IMG/VR virus record: IMGVR_UViG_3300009149_000127
Span: 1 to 35,886 of that record
Length of the DNA: 35,886 bases
Direction: 5' to 3' (one strand)
From: a virus
Taxonomy: Duplodnaviria > Caudoviricetes
Part shown: positions 18,846-27,517 of the stretch, piece after piece
Numbering within the stretch: position 1 is the stretch's first letter
How the letters are laid out: each line of letters opens with the position of its first letter
Notes under the pieces: model-generated
Databases searched by the model: none
What the model was told of the DNA's origin: nothing
What the model saw: the letters and a program-made list of their open reading frames with translations, nothing else
Made by a program: the position numbers and the translations under genes

Positions 18846-19496
18846 ATGAATCGCTTTTTAATATCAGAAAGTGCCACTTTTGCAAAACGGGCTATAATTG
18901 AAAAGCTTCCAAATAAAGTAATATTCAAAGCAATATTGCAGACGGTAAATGGTAAAAATAGAAATGGAAGAGTATATACAAAAGCTGCGTTACAGGATGC
19001 ACTCAAATTTAAAATGGAAACGTTAGTGAATCCAAGAGGATTCGTTGGTGAATTGGATCATCCAATGATTTCTGATTATAGAGACGAACAAGCTGTTGAA
19101 ATGCGATTATCAACTGTTCTTTGGGATAGATGTTCACATGTTATAACAAAATTTTGGTTTGAGAATAATGAACTCTGGGGGATAGTTGAATCAACATTGT
19201 TTGGAGTTGGTGATCAAATTGTTAAGATAATTAAAGATGACGTGCCACTTGGTTTTTCCCTTAGGGCAATCGGACAGGGAAATAGAATGGGCGATCACAT
19301 ACTAGTTGATCAGATTGATTATTTAGTTTCTTATGATGCTGTTTCAACACCATCACATATGGAAGCACATTTCAAAAGTCTATCAGAAGAAAGATTTTTT
19401 AATATTCAAGAAAGTCTAAAATTCAATCCGGGTATGATTGAAAGTAAAGTAAGTTTTGAAAAAATATTATTCGAAACATTAAATAAATGGGCATAA
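18846..19496 (+). CDS. Prohead core protease, T4 gp21-like
   Basis: NRNGRVY, GELDHP (catalytic His), GFSLRAIG (catalytic Ser region) and YDAVSTPS. Confidence 0.92.
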   Translation: MNRFLISESATFAKRAIIEKLPNKVIFKAILQTVNGKNRNGRVYTKAALQDALKFKMETLVNPRGFVGELDHPMISDYRDEQAVEMRLSTVLWDRCSHVITKFWFENNELWGIVESTLFGVGDQIVKIIKDDVPLGFSLRAIGQGNRMGDHILVDQIDYLVSYDAVSTPSHMEAHFKSLSEERFFNIQESLKFNPGMIESKVSFEKILFETLNKWA

Positions 19497-19514
19497 TTAT
19501 ATTTGGGAGTTATT

Positions 19515-20285
19515 ATGAAAATTAAATTATCAAAAGACAATTTGCATTTTCTAGCAGAGTGTATAAAAATAGAAACAGTGAATGAGTCGATCGGTTTTAT
19601 AGAATCACCACAGATAAAAACAATATTGGAAATGGATGATAAATATATTGTTGAAAAATTCTTGAATGAAATTGCAGGTGCCACAGCAACATTTGGTCCA
19701 ATTATCACAATGATCGGAAACCTCGTTGTAAATAACATTGGAAAACTGGCAACTGGGTTGGTTATTGCGATGACTGCATCGGTTGGTCAAAAAACCGATA
19801 CCATGATAAAATCTAAACAGGGAATGAAGCAAAAGGCTTTAGATGATGCTATGGGTGAATCCTATACATTTAAAGAGGAAGCAGAACCAAACGATACAAA
19901 AGCAGATATTCAGCAAGTTAAAGAAATTAAAAACAACACCATGCAAAACAAATTATCATTCTCTGATCTTATTAAGAAAGGAGAATACAAAAAGGCAATA
20001 CCATATTTAAAAGAAATGATTAGAGATTTGTCAAAAATGCTTAGTTTGAAGGTGAAATATCATGCGGATAAAATAAATATAGATATTCCAAATAATTTTC
20101 TTGCTTCTGTTTCTATGTGGCTTTCTTTGGTAGCAGTTGGTGTTGTAGGTGCTCGACTTTTAATTCCAATTGGAAGAAGGTTCATGAATTTTTTCAGAGG
20201 TAATAATCCTGAAGAAGCAAAAAAATTCGGAGACAAAGCAAAAAAATATTTAGTAAATGTGAAAAAACAATCAGATGCTAAATAA
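19515..20285 (+). CDS. Hypothetical head-associated protein with hydrophobic segments
   Basis: ATG 19515 follows GGGAG. The N-terminus is rich in hydrophobic-X-E sites, and there is a hydrophobic helix SVSMWLSLVAVGVVGARLLI. Confidence 0.65.
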   Translation: MKIKLSKDNLHFLAECIKIETVNESIGFIESPQIKTILEMDDKYIVEKFLNEIAGATATFGPIITMIGNLVVNNIGKLATGLVIAMTASVGQKTDTMIKSKQGMKQKALDDAMGESYTFKEEAEPNDTKADIQQVKEIKNNTMQNKLSFSDLIKKGEYKKAIPYLKEMIRDLSKMLSLKVKYHADKINIDIPNNFLASVSMWLSLVAVGVVGARLLIPIGRRFMNFFRGNNPEEAKKFGDKAKKYLVNVKKQSDAK

Positions 20286-20316
20286 TTAAAAAATGCCTAG
20301 TAAACAAGTGTTTTTC

Positions 20317-20330
20317 GAGAACAAAAAAAT
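20317..20330 (+). promoter_or_regulatory. Putative phage promoter, class A (GAGAACAAAAAAAT)
   Basis: Intergenic motif copy directly before the GGAGG RBS that heads the capsid operon. Confidence 0.55.
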
Positions 20331-20342
20331 GGAGGGCGGAAT

Positions 20343-20624
20343 ATGATTCAATTATACGAACAAAAACAAAATCACAAACAGAATTTAATTGATTCGATGT
20401 TGGAGATTGTGACCCAAGGTTATGGGTCGGAAGGGAAAAGAGTTAATTTTCTTAATGCTAAAATGAAAGAAGCTCTGTCAAAACTAGATGTACTAAGAAA
20501 GAAATTAAAAATAACAGTGAGTCAAGAAAAATTTTTAACAGGAAAGCTTATTAAATCGGAAGAAACGATTGCGAAAAATCTTTCTAAACTTAAAAAGTTA
20601 ATTAAAGAGGTTGATAATGATTAA
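20343..20624 (+). CDS. Small coiled-coil protein
   Basis: 93 aa with GGAGG RBS and a heptad-like Lys/Leu pattern. Confidence 0.7.
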   Translation: MIQLYEQKQNHKQNLIDSMLEIVTQGYGSEGKRVNFLNAKMKEALSKLDVLRKKLKITVSQEKFLTGKLIKSEETIAKNLSKLKKLIKEVDND

Positions 20625-21027
20625 GATCATTGGATCTGAAAAAAGTGATTATCCTGCTGGTAGGTTAGCAGAGATTAGGAATAAGTTTGGTTTTTACCTA
20701 AAGCCTTTTATTGAAAGAGAGAATGAAGATAAAAGAAAGAATTATTTAGGCATATTGGATAAAACTAAGAATATTCTAAAACAGCTCAATGAAAGAATGA
20801 TAAAATTAAAAAATTTGAATTATGAATATAACAAGATGCAGCTAAGTGAAAAGATAGTCAAAAATTTAATATTCATTACAGAAAAAAGATTTTTATCACC
20901 ACAGCTTAGGGCTGATATAAAGACAATTATGAAAAAATTAAAAATTATGTCTTTAAAAGAATTAGAAAAACAGAACGAAATAGTAGAAACAGTTAAGTCA
21001 AAAATATTGGAAAATATTAGGAGGTAA
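20617..21027 (+). CDS. Basic helical hypothetical protein
   Basis: ATG 20617 follows GAGG and overlaps the previous gene; immediately upstream of the capsid gene. Confidence 0.7.
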   Translation: MIKIIGSEKSDYPAGRLAEIRNKFGFYLKPFIERENEDKRKNYLGILDKTKNILKQLNERMIKLKNLNYEYNKMQLSEKIVKNLIFITEKRFLSPQLRADIKTIMKKLKIMSLKELEKQNEIVETVKSKILENIRR

Positions 21028-21032
21028 CCCCT

Positions 21033-22526
21033 ATGAAGAAGAACGCAAGTTTTGTAACTAAAGACCTTCTGATCGAAAGCTTCAGAAGCGTAAAGAAAAA
21101 TTTTAGCATCGATCTACAGAATCCACTTCAAAATCTGAATGTCCTTGCCAACACAAAGGCATTCGATTATTATATTGAATCACTGTGTGAACCATTTGTT
21201 GATGCACACGACAGAATCAATATTAAAACTATGGCCAAAGGCACAAGGCAGACATTGCTCATGGAAAACGCAAAAGGATCACTCTCACATTATGAAGTGC
21301 TCTCTCTTCCATTGATACCGATTTTCTACCCTAGGCTCATTGCCAAGGATCTTGTAACTTTTGCAACAACAGACAAACCAGAAATCATCAAACCAGTGAT
21401 GAGAGCCAAATTCAACAGATGGAATGATCCGGCTGACTACGCAGCACCTTCCATGGATACAGATATTTCTAGAGGTCCGACTCTTGGAGTTCCTGGTGGA
21501 TTTGTATGTGCAATTCCGGGCTCAACAGATCTTTTAGATGCAGCAGGTGGTCTAACACCAGCATCAGCACATATCGAAAGGGATCTTAAGATTCTCGAGA
21601 TTACTGATGGCGCAAACGTTGCTGTAGTTGAACAAATTACAACCGTTGATGGTAACTTCTATATCCCAGTAACTCTTGGCGCAGCCACAGATGTTATTAC
21701 GGGTAAAGTAGATTTCCAGAATGGTATGATTACATTCAGCTCAGTGAATGGCGTGGCAACACAAGCCAAGGTTGAGGCAACAGTTTCAATCGAAGAAAAT
21801 ACAGTTTCTTCAAAACTGGAAATTGAAATTGACAAGATCAGAATTCCTATCGTCGATAGGCAGATTGAAGTCTCTTACACTATCCAACAGAAGATGGATG
21901 TTAAATCGCTGTATGATATTGAGCTCGAATCAATCATTCTCGATCTGATTGGATCACAGATTGCTCTTGATCTGGATAGTTTTATCCTTAAGTCACTAAC
22001 CGGTGTTGTTTATAAACCATCCTTGGTCCCAGCATCACATATTCAGTCTTTCAGGAAAAATCCTCCTGCTGGTTATGATTGGGGTCCAAAGAGCTGGCAC
22101 GAGAATATCGTGACAAACATCAACGAAATCGCAGCACAAATTTCTATCGACACTAGACTTGGTGAAGCCAATGTCATCGCTTCAAATACACTGAATGCTG
22201 CTCTGCTTCGCGATCTTAACACCTATAGGGTTGATTATGACCGCCAGGGTAAATCAGTAATCGGTTATAAAGCTGCTGAAATTGAAGGCGGAAATATGTC
22301 CGTGATCGATAGCCCTGTTCAGGAACTGAACAAAATGTTACTGGTTTATAAACCAGGACCGAATGAAGAACATAAATCAGTTTACTACCTGATTATGCAT
22401 ACACCTGGATTGGTTATTCCGTATCCTAAGGGCTACAAACCATCCTTCAGTGTGTTTACAAGGTATGGTACTGCTTTCATTCATCACAAAGGTTTGGGCG
22501 TGCTCGAAATAGACCCATCCGCGTAA
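21033..22526 (+). CDS. Major capsid protein (HK97 fold, T4 gp23-like)
   Basis: LPLIPIFYPRLIAKDLV, RQIEVSYTIQQKMDVKSLYDIELESIILDLIGSQIALDLD..IL and FTRYG resemble gp23-family motifs. AGGAGGT RBS, visibly higher GC than flanking genes, and a strong terminator downstream. Confidence 0.82.
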   Translation: MKKNASFVTKDLLIESFRSVKKNFSIDLQNPLQNLNVLANTKAFDYYIESLCEPFVDAHDRINIKTMAKGTRQTLLMENAKGSLSHYEVLSLPLIPIFYPRLIAKDLVTFATTDKPEIIKPVMRAKFNRWNDPADYAAPSMDTDISRGPTLGVPGGFVCAIPGSTDLLDAAGGLTPASAHIERDLKILEITDGANVAVVEQITTVDGNFYIPVTLGAATDVITGKVDFQNGMITFSSVNGVATQAKVEATVSIEENTVSSKLEIEIDKIRIPIVDRQIEVSYTIQQKMDVKSLYDIELESIILDLIGSQIALDLDSFILKSLTGVVYKPSLVPASHIQSFRKNPPAGYDWGPKSWHENIVTNINEIAAQISIDTRLGEANVIASNTLNAALLRDLNTYRVDYDRQGKSVIGYKAAEIEGGNMSVIDSPVQELNKMLLVYKPGPNEEHKSVYYLIMHTPGLVIPYPKGYKPSFSVFTRYGTAFIHHKGLGVLEIDPSA

Positions 22527-22572
22527 TACAAGCCCTCCTGTTTGATACAGGTTTGATAAAACATACATTTTT

Positions 22573-22609
22573 AGACACCTTGGAATTTTTTCCAAGGTGT
22601 CTTTTTTTT
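22573..22609 (+). terminator. Intrinsic terminator after the capsid gene
   Basis: Perfect 13-bp stem AGACACCTTGGAA / TTCCAAGGTGTCT with a 4-nt loop, then a T tract. Confidence 0.92.
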
Positions 22610-22675
22610 GTTTTTATTATGCCAAAAATAACGATTAAAAATAATAGTTCTCCTTTTTGTTTTTTTGTTTGAAAT

Positions 22676-22688
22676 GAAGTACATATAT
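22676..22688 (+). promoter_or_regulatory. Putative phage promoter, class B (GAAGTACATATAT)
   Basis: The same GAANTACATATAT 13-mer, with an upstream T tract, precedes the two minus-strand islands. Confidence 0.6.
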
Positions 22689-22723
22689 TCTAACAAAGAA
22701 AACTTTTTCGTGGAGGACTTCGA

Positions 22724-24142
22724 ATGAAACTTAATCACATCAAGGACAAGACTGGAAGGTTTGGGGAATTCGTGTTTGCTGATAAATCTAAATGGAAATT
22801 TAATATTAAAAATGCTTCAATGCGAAACTCATATGAAGAAATATTTGATTTCATCAGAGGATCGGCACTCTTGATTCCCAGATACAATGATTTTATGAAA
22901 AGCATGACAACTTATTTTGATACTTCGGATTGGGACAATTTTTTCAAAACATTAGAAGAGATTCGCGAATTATCAAAAGAAAGATTGAAAATAATGGATT
23001 TAGATATTTCAAGTTATTGCAACCCAGCAAAGAAAACTTCAAAGTCATTATATATAGATAAAGAAATGATGGAAGATCTTTTAGAAACAATAATATCTTT
23101 AAAATTAATATCTCCTTTTATTTTTGATAAGAATAATTTTTCGGAATATTGGTATAAAAAATTCATGTATACCGTAACTGGAAAATTATATGATACTGGT
23201 TTTGTTGATATTCTCTATAAATTAATAAGACAGATATCTTTTAAGTTTTCTTTATCTGATAAAAATCTTTGGAATTTAGTTTCCATTAAATATGGATATC
23301 AAAATGTTGGATACTCTTTAATGATGTTCAATTGCTTTATGCATCAATTTTTAGTAACATATGATTTTGGAGCAAAAAAGAATCCAATGACTTTTATTGT
23401 TTCTATTATAAATGAAAGTTTCACATGGCTAATCAGAACAAATATAAACTCTACAATAATTAATGACAGCAATGAAAATTATTTCGAACAATATTTAATG
23501 TCCCTAGATATAGATAAAATGATAATGAATGAATCCATGTTTAATAATCATATCCTTTTTGGTTTGAAATATTTATTTGATAAAGAAACTGTTGATAAGA
23601 TGATTTTAAGATCAACAGAATCAACTGTTTCCCCTATAATGTATACGATTGGAAATCTATTAACTTCAAAAATTACAGGAATTTCTACAAGTTTTTTAAA
23701 TGAGAGAAAAACACATTATATTATTCTCAATAATATTTTTATTTCACAATTAATATCCAAGTTATATCCAAACGATCCTTTCTTCCAAAAACTCGCACTG
23801 CTATTAAGAGTAGTTAAGAATAAGAAAAATAATCTTAGCAAAAATATTAGAAAGAAAACCATTAAAAAACATTATAAAACAATAATGGAAAAAGATGTGA
23901 GTTTCTATGGAATTAAAGATAAAAGTATAATAATCAACATATTGAATTATATCATTGAAGATTTGAGACTTCCAAGCGTTTATGATGTTGTTAAAGGATC
24001 AGTCGTAACAATACCTGAAGATTGGGTGGAAATAATATTAGATACATTAATTAAATTATTTGATGAGAAGAATGATGAATTTGATAAAATAAGGAAATTT
24101 TTCTTATCCATGGTTTCCATGGAACGAAATCTGGATGTTTAA
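22724..24142 (+). CDS. Hypothetical 472-aa helical protein (candidate RNAP promoter-specificity subunit)
   Basis: GGAGG RBS; first gene after the capsid terminator and upstream of the RNAP genes. The CDS is clear, but the function is inferred only from context and size. Confidence 0.7.
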   Translation: MKLNHIKDKTGRFGEFVFADKSKWKFNIKNASMRNSYEEIFDFIRGSALLIPRYNDFMKSMTTYFDTSDWDNFFKTLEEIRELSKERLKIMDLDISSYCNPAKKTSKSLYIDKEMMEDLLETIISLKLISPFIFDKNNFSEYWYKKFMYTVTGKLYDTGFVDILYKLIRQISFKFSLSDKNLWNLVSIKYGYQNVGYSLMMFNCFMHQFLVTYDFGAKKNPMTFIVSIINESFTWLIRTNINSTIINDSNENYFEQYLMSLDIDKMIMNESMFNNHILFGLKYLFDKETVDKMILRSTESTVSPIMYTIGNLLTSKITGISTSFLNERKTHYIILNNIFISQLISKLYPNDPFFQKLALLLRVVKNKKNNLSKNIRKKTIKKHYKTIMEKDVSFYGIKDKSIIINILNYIIEDLRLPSVYDVVKGSVVTIPEDWVEIILDTLIKLFDEKNDEFDKIRKFFLSMVSMERNLDV

Positions 24143-24154
24143 AGGAGGGAGTAT

Positions 24155-24433
24155 ATGAGTGAATTTGACAACATTATTAAAAATGTTTTATACATTCCCG
24201 GAATTGTTTGCATTGAAGACCATTCTGAAAGTATAACTTTAAAGAAATATCTAAGAGAATATTTTGACACAGATAAAACTAAATATGTTATTCAGCCCCC
24301 TAGGATAGTTAATAAAGAAGATGTTATGAAAGGATTAATAAATCCCAAGATTGTGTTTGGGGTAGATGAAGATCTGCATGAATCTAAACACAATATACTA
24401 GAAGGATTTTTGGAATATGAAGAACAAAAATAA
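24155..24433 (+). CDS. Small hypothetical protein upstream of RNAP beta'
   Basis: 92 aa with AAGGAGG RBS. Confidence 0.7.
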   Translation: MSEFDNIIKNVLYIPGIVCIEDHSESITLKKYLREYFDTDKTKYVIQPPRIVNKEDVMKGLINPKIVFGVDEDLHESKHNILEGFLEYEEQK

Positions 24434-24434
24434 A
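24420..24434 (+). promoter_or_regulatory. Putative phage promoter, class A (AAGAACAAAAATAAA)
   Basis: Motif copy overlapping the stop of the 92-aa ORF, just upstream of the beta' RBS. Confidence 0.55.
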
Positions 24435-24457
24435 TATGAACAGAGGAGTTGCGACTC

Positions 24458-27400
24458 ATGGCTGAACAAACAAAATTAAATTTAATGGATTTAGAAAGCT
24501 TCTGCGCTCATCTTCCAATAGTCAACGACTCGAAGATTTTTAAAAGTGAAAAACTACAGCAGTTTTCTGATATGGGTCTGTTTAGTCCAATTATTTTTGG
24601 AATGAAAGGGAGTGAGAAGTTTAGGTCTGCCTATGCTTGTATAGATTTGAGGGTTAAAGTATTCAATCCTGTTGTATATTCTATCTTAACAAGATTGGAT
24701 AAGAAAATAGATAGGATAGTGAATGAAGATTTAGGCTTTAATGTTTTGGATGATGGTTCTATTGAGCTATCAGAAAAAGACGCATCACATTATGGGATCA
24801 TCGGTTTGATAGAATCATTTAATTCCCTGCGTTTCCGCGCAGATACACACGATAGAAAAATATTTGTGGAAATAATAAATAATAGTAGGAAGAAAGTATT
24901 CACATCCAAAATACCGATCATACCTCCTGAGAAACGACCAATATATCCGAACAGACAGACCGGGGAATTTATGCCGGACGAACTTAATGAACATTATATA
25001 AAGGTTATTAAGATATGTAGATCAATTCCATCCAATCTGGATGGTTTTGATGAACTGACAAGATCTACGTTCGTTTCTAAGATACAATTGGCATATAATA
25101 CATTATATGAGTTTGTTAAATTGAAGCTTGGAAAGAAGGCAGGATATTATAGATCTAATCTTTTGGGAAAAAGAGTGGACCACAGTGGGCGTGGAGTAAT
25201 TGTCGGAGATCCAAATATACCCCCGAATAAAATTGGAATTACCATGAGAATTGCCGTCAGGATATTTGAACCATTCATTCTACATAACTTGTTACAACAG
25301 GAAAAAGAGTATTATGATTTATTTTCAGAAATGTATCCAAAGGAAGATTACATTGAAAAGTGTAAAAAGATTCTAAAAGATATAAGTCAGAGTATGATCA
25401 AAGTTGAACATCCGATATATACCGAAATTAAGAAGATTACTATTCGTGTTTCTAAAGATAGGGTTGTTTGTGCAAAACGTGATCCGGCTTTGCAGCGTGA
25501 TAGTTGGAGGGCATTCGAACCGATAATAGTTGATGGAAATATCATACGTATAAATCATGCCAGTTGTGAAGGATTTGGTGCAGACTTTGATGGCGATACA
25601 ATGGCAATATATTCTTTAATGACAGATGAAGCCACTGAAGAAGCCAGAAGATTGATGATGACAATGGAATCTCATAAAGGAATGAATCAGCCAACTCTCG
25701 ATCTTAAAAAAGATATTTTTCAGGGAATATACATTATGACACGTGATTATCCAATCAAAGAAACGTATACTGGCAGCATCATAGATGTAGATAATATGTT
25801 GAAAAATATAGAAAAAGGAATAGAGATAAAAGGAACTGTGATGACAGTTGGCAAATATTTATTTAATAGTGCATTTAAAGAATATGCTGATGACAAAGGA
25901 TATATTTTAGAAACAGTAACTAGCAAATCATTCAGCAAATTAATCAGAAAACTTCTAGCATATTATAAAGAAAAATTACATGAAGTCATACAAAGATTAC
26001 AAGAAATGGCATATAAAATTATTACAATATATCCAAGAAGTATTATACTTGATGATCTCCTGATAGCAGAAGATAAAGAAATTATTAAATTGAGGGAAAT
26101 ATTTAAAAAGACTGATGATCTAATAGAAAAAACAAACTTAGTAAGTCAAATGGGGGCAGTGATATTAGATAGATTGAAGAAGACGGATTCGGCTTTATAT
26201 GATTCTATTATATCCGGTGCATCGGGTAAGATGTCACAGATAACTCAGATGTTGGGTGTTAAAGGTTTGATATCTGATGCGAACAATAACTTGACAATTT
26301 CTATATCATCATCATTTGTTGATGGACTCAAACCATCTGAATATTTTGAGTCTGGTAGTGGAGCGAGAAAAGGTCTTGCTGATAGAACGCTGAAGACAGC
26401 AGACACTGGATATCTAACAAGAAAGCTTGTTTATGCACTTAGTTGTTGTAAATTGTCTGAAGATATTCATGATTGTAAAACAACAAGAACATTCAATATA
26501 CCAAATGATTCGGATATAGCTGGAAGAGTTGTGGGACGAAATGTATTGGAAGGTGATACACTTATTGAGTTAACGCCTGCCAATGTAAATAAATTTAAAA
26601 TTTTGAAATTGAGATCACCTATATTTTGTAAGTCGAGAGAAATATGTCACACGTGTTATGGGAAACTTAGAGAAATAATTAAGACCCGCAACATTGGGGT
26701 ATTGTCAGGCGAATCAGTAGGAGAACGTGGAACCCAGCTTGTTATGAGGACATTCCATACTGGTGGTATTGTATCTGTTCAAATATTTGATGTTATAGAT
26801 GCATTTTTGAAAAATCAAACATGGTTGGATAAATCGGAGTTGTCAAAGTGGCTCATTCAAAATCAACAAAACCTTATTTCAGTACAGCCAATTAAAATAG
26901 AAATTTTATTAGACACAATTCAAAAAAGCTCCATTTATGAAACACAAGAAGGGAATTTAATTATTCCAAGTTTGGCAATGGTTATAATACATCCAACTAA
27001 AGGAAGAATACTTCTCGAGGCTGATACTGGTGTAACATTGTTGAAAGATTATTTTGTCTTTGTGGATAAACATAAAATAGTGATGGAAACTAAACCAAAC
27101 ACGCCATTTATGATTATTGCAGATCAGGATGATAACTTCTCATTAATTATAGATCAGTTAGTTTCATACCTAGATAAAAAGGAAAGTGTCAGAAATATTC
27201 TCTCAGTATTCAATAGAATATGGGAAAAATATAAAGATGTTTCTACTTTAGATCTGGTCCATGTCGAAGTGCTATTATCACAAATTCTCAGAGATAAAGA
27301 TAATAATAGACTATTGGCAAGATTGACAAAAGAATGGAATCCATATAAAGTTGGAGTAAAATCTATACCATATTTAGATAACTGGAAACTGGGTCTTATG

Positions 27401-27508
27401 TTTGAAGATGTTCAGAATGCTGTACAGCAGGCTTTAATAACCTCCCATTATCAAGATACCGAGGGAGTTGTTCAAATGGATAGTTCCATATTAGAAATGT
27501 TGTATTAA
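24458..27508 (+). CDS. rpoC: DNA-directed RNA polymerase beta'-like subunit (phage-encoded)
   Basis: LLGKRVDHSGRGVI, KRDPAL, catalytic ADFDGD, bridge helix RKGLADRTLKTADTGYLTRKLV, RSPIFC...ICHTCYG, trigger loop GERGTQLVMRTFHTGG and HVEVLLSQ. ATG 24458 follows GAGGAG. Confidence 0.95.
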   Translation: MAEQTKLNLMDLESFCAHLPIVNDSKIFKSEKLQQFSDMGLFSPIIFGMKGSEKFRSAYACIDLRVKVFNPVVYSILTRLDKKIDRIVNEDLGFNVLDDGSIELSEKDASHYGIIGLIESFNSLRFRADTHDRKIFVEIINNSRKKVFTSKIPIIPPEKRPIYPNRQTGEFMPDELNEHYIKVIKICRSIPSNLDGFDELTRSTFVSKIQLAYNTLYEFVKLKLGKKAGYYRSNLLGKRVDHSGRGVIVGDPNIPPNKIGITMRIAVRIFEPFILHNLLQQEKEYYDLFSEMYPKEDYIEKCKKILKDISQSMIKVEHPIYTEIKKITIRVSKDRVVCAKRDPALQRDSWRAFEPIIVDGNIIRINHASCEGFGADFDGDTMAIYSLMTDEATEEARRLMMTMESHKGMNQPTLDLKKDIFQGIYIMTRDYPIKETYTGSIIDVDNMLKNIEKGIEIKGTVMTVGKYLFNSAFKEYADDKGYILETVTSKSFSKLIRKLLAYYKEKLHEVIQRLQEMAYKIITIYPRSIILDDLLIAEDKEIIKLREIFKKTDDLIEKTNLVSQMGAVILDRLKKTDSALYDSIISGASGKMSQITQMLGVKGLISDANNNLTISISSSFVDGLKPSEYFESGSGARKGLADRTLKTADTGYLTRKLVYALSCCKLSEDIHDCKTTRTFNIPNDSDIAGRVVGRNVLEGDTLIELTPANVNKFKILKLRSPIFCKSREICHTCYGKLREIIKTRNIGVLSGESVGERGTQLVMRTFHTGGIVSVQIFDVIDAFLKNQTWLDKSELSKWLIQNQQNLISVQPIKIEILLDTIQKSSIYETQEGNLIIPSLAMVIIHPTKGRILLEADTGVTLLKDYFVFVDKHKIVMETKPNTPFMIIADQDDNFSLIIDQLVSYLDKKESVRNILSVFNRIWEKYKDVSTLDLVHVEVLLSQILRDKDNNRLLARLTKEWNPYKVGVKSIPYLDNWKLGLMFEDVQNAVQQALITSHYQDTEGVVQMDSSILEMLY

Positions 27509-27517
27509 GGAGATAAG

